Position numbers and translations under genes: made by a program
The notes under the pieces: model-generated
The model's input: the letters and a program-made list of their open reading frames with translations, nothing else
Told to the model about the DNA's origin: nothing
Database searches by the model: none
Sequence record: SRR20825010_29
DNA length: 39,786 nucleotides
Direction: 5' to 3' (one strand)
In this document: positions 38,333-39,786 of the stretch, in pieces
Numbering within the stretch: position 1 is the first letter of the stretch
Layout: every line of letters starts with the position of its first letter

Positions 38333-39103
38333 ATGAAAGCATTTCTTCAGAAATATAAATTTTTAGTTGTTTTAGTTGCTACATTATTTTTGTTTGAAAA
38401 TGTTTCAGCACAATTTGAAATTCCGAAAAAACCTTCGAAAGAAACTTCGGTATATGATTATATAGACCTACTTACTGCTTCCGAAAAAACAGCCCTTGAA
38501 AACAAATTGGTTCGTTATGCAGACTCCACTTCCACACAAATTGTTTGTTTTATAATTGGTTCTACTAAAGGTGAAGACATTTCAATGTTAGGTGCAGAAT
38601 GGGGCCAAAAATGGGGTATTGGACAAAGCGGTGAAGACAATGGAATTGTAATAATTCTCGCTAAAGATGACCGCAAAGTAGACATAAATACCGGCTACGG
38701 AATTGAATACCGAATTACCGATTTAATAGCGGAGCGCATTATAAATCGCATAATGATTCCAGAATTTAAAACCGGTAATTTTTATTCTGGTTTAGACAAA
38801 GGAAGTGATGCTGTTTTTGCTGCGCTAAAGGGAGAGTTTAAAGAAGACCGTGATTTTGGCAAAAAAGATGGCACACCAATCCCCTTCTTTATTATTTTCA
38901 TTTTTATCATAATAATCATTGCCCTAATTAGTAAAAATGGTCGCGGTGGAAATGGTGGCGGAGGTTTGCTAGATATTATTGTGCTTAGCAGTCTTGGACG
39001 TGGCGGTTTTGGTGGCGGAGGAAGTTTTGGTGGTAGCGGAGGCTTCGGCGGTGGTTTTGGCGGCGGCGGTTTTGGCGGCGGCGGTGCTTCTGGGGGTTGG
39101 TAA
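38333..39103 (+). CDS. TPM domain protein (YgcG-like) with TM helix and Gly-rich tail
   Basis: KWGIGQ..DNG, INTGYGIE, C-terminal GGFGGG...GASGGW. Confidence 0.9.
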   Translation: MKAFLQKYKFLVVLVATLFLFENVSAQFEIPKKPSKETSVYDYIDLLTASEKTALENKLVRYADSTSTQIVCFIIGSTKGEDISMLGAEWGQKWGIGQSGEDNGIVIILAKDDRKVDINTGYGIEYRITDLIAERIINRIMIPEFKTGNFYSGLDKGSDAVFAALKGEFKEDRDFGKKDGTPIPFFIIFIFIIIIIALISKNGRGGNGGGGLLDIIVLSSLGRGGFGGGGSFGGSGGFGGGFGGGGFGGGGASGGW

Positions 39104-39121
39104 TTTTTAATAGAATTTAAA

Positions 39122-39625
39122 ATGAAATTTTCCTTAGCAGCTATTTTACTTTTCATTAGTGTTTTTTCATGTAAAAGTAAGGACACTGAATTTTCAAATG
39201 CTTTTCAAAAAAACCCAAATGCATTAGCTGTATCTGATTATTCAAATATCTTTTCAACATCTGAAAATCATGCGTTAGCGACCAAGCTTGTTGACTATGA
39301 ATCTCTGACCACGAGACAAATAGCAATAGTAACGGTAGATTCAATTTCTCCCTATTCAAGCATTCAAAATTACGCAAGTGATTTAGGGAAGTACTGGGGT
39401 GTAGGTCAAAAAAACCTTGATAATGGATTAGTTATTGTTTTCTCAAAACCTCTTAGTGAAATTGCTATAGCTTCAGGTTATGGAACTGAGAAAATCTTAA
39501 CTGATGTAATCTGCAAGCGAATTATTGACAGTGTAATGATCCCAAAGTTTAAAGAAAAAAGTTATTATGAAGGAATCAATAATGGTATAGACTCCTTAAT
39601 TCATCGATGGAATAAAGGCATCTAA
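39122..39625 (+). CDS. TPM domain lipoprotein
   Basis: Lipobox VFSC; YWGVGQKNLDNGLVI, IASGYGTE. Confidence 0.85.
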   Translation: MKFSLAAILLFISVFSCKSKDTEFSNAFQKNPNALAVSDYSNIFSTSENHALATKLVDYESLTTRQIAIVTVDSISPYSSIQNYASDLGKYWGVGQKNLDNGLVIVFSKPLSEIAIASGYGTEKILTDVICKRIIDSVMIPKFKEKSYYEGINNGIDSLIHRWNKGI

Positions 39626-39664
39626 AAGTTATTCGCATACACCCTATTATAGATACAATACAAA

Positions 39665-39786
39665 TTATTTCTTCCTAAAATAAACTGTAATTGGCACTCC
39701 TGAAAAATCGAAGTTCTCACGCAACTTATTCTCAATAAAACGTTTGTACGGATCTTTTACATACTGCGGAAGATTACAGAAAAAAG
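39665..39786 (-). CDS. der: Ribosome biogenesis GTPase Der (EngA), C-terminal fragment
   Basis: Manual translation ...[39 protein letters not shown], stop at 39667-39665; matches the Der KH-like C-terminus. Confidence 0.88.
   Translation of the reverse strand, partial: FFCNLPQYVKDPYKRFIENKLRENFDFSGVPITVYFRKK

Noticed and set aside
38782-39186. Pro-rich 134-aa minus-strand ORF
   Set aside because: Antisense shadow of the Gly-rich TPM tail
39622-39756. Alternative open minus-strand frame ending at 39622
   Set aside because: Closed by a TAA at 39757-39759; the neighbouring frame gives a clear Der C-terminus
1-39786. CRISPR arrays, tRNA/rRNA genes, IS or integrase genes
   Set aside because: None seen; intergenic gaps are short and explained by the listed elements

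Overview
AT-rich Flavobacteriaceae-type (Bacteroidota) chromosomal segment, inferred from gldA, TAnnTTTG -7 promoter elements and gene content. It is mostly housekeeping: two DUF3857/transglutaminase-like genes, dtd, rsgA, an inserted ParDE toxin-antitoxin pair, a pheA/DAHP-CM operon, gldA, a tandemly duplicated beta-barrel + DUF2807 lipoprotein pair, a methionine operon (metY, metX-hom fusion, osmC, metZ-like, split metH, metF) divergent from metK, a TPR-histidine-kinase/NarL-regulator locus with envelope genes, GSCFA, alaS, M23, MerR, LemA/TPM genes and the 3' end of der. The notable signals are non-coding or unannotated. (1) A four-helix-bundle (23S-IVP/Avd-like) gene is bracketed by a 35-bp inverted repeat built of five 7-mers. 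One arm contains the upstream gene's stop codon and the other is translated as the MetH N-terminus. A similar but empty periodic hairpin lies at the alaS/GSCFA junction, and an orphan 7-mer array sits inside GSCFA; together they suggest a transposase-free cassette system. (2) A 20-bp 7-2-7 palindrome occurs three times, each exactly 21 bp from a degenerate -7 element, which defines a probable local regulon of the NarL-type regulator. (3) An unannotated F/W/Y-rich leader peptide attenuator precedes pheA. (4) Back-to-back SAM-I and SAM-II riboswitches sit on divergent promoters. All calls are by eye; no searches were run.
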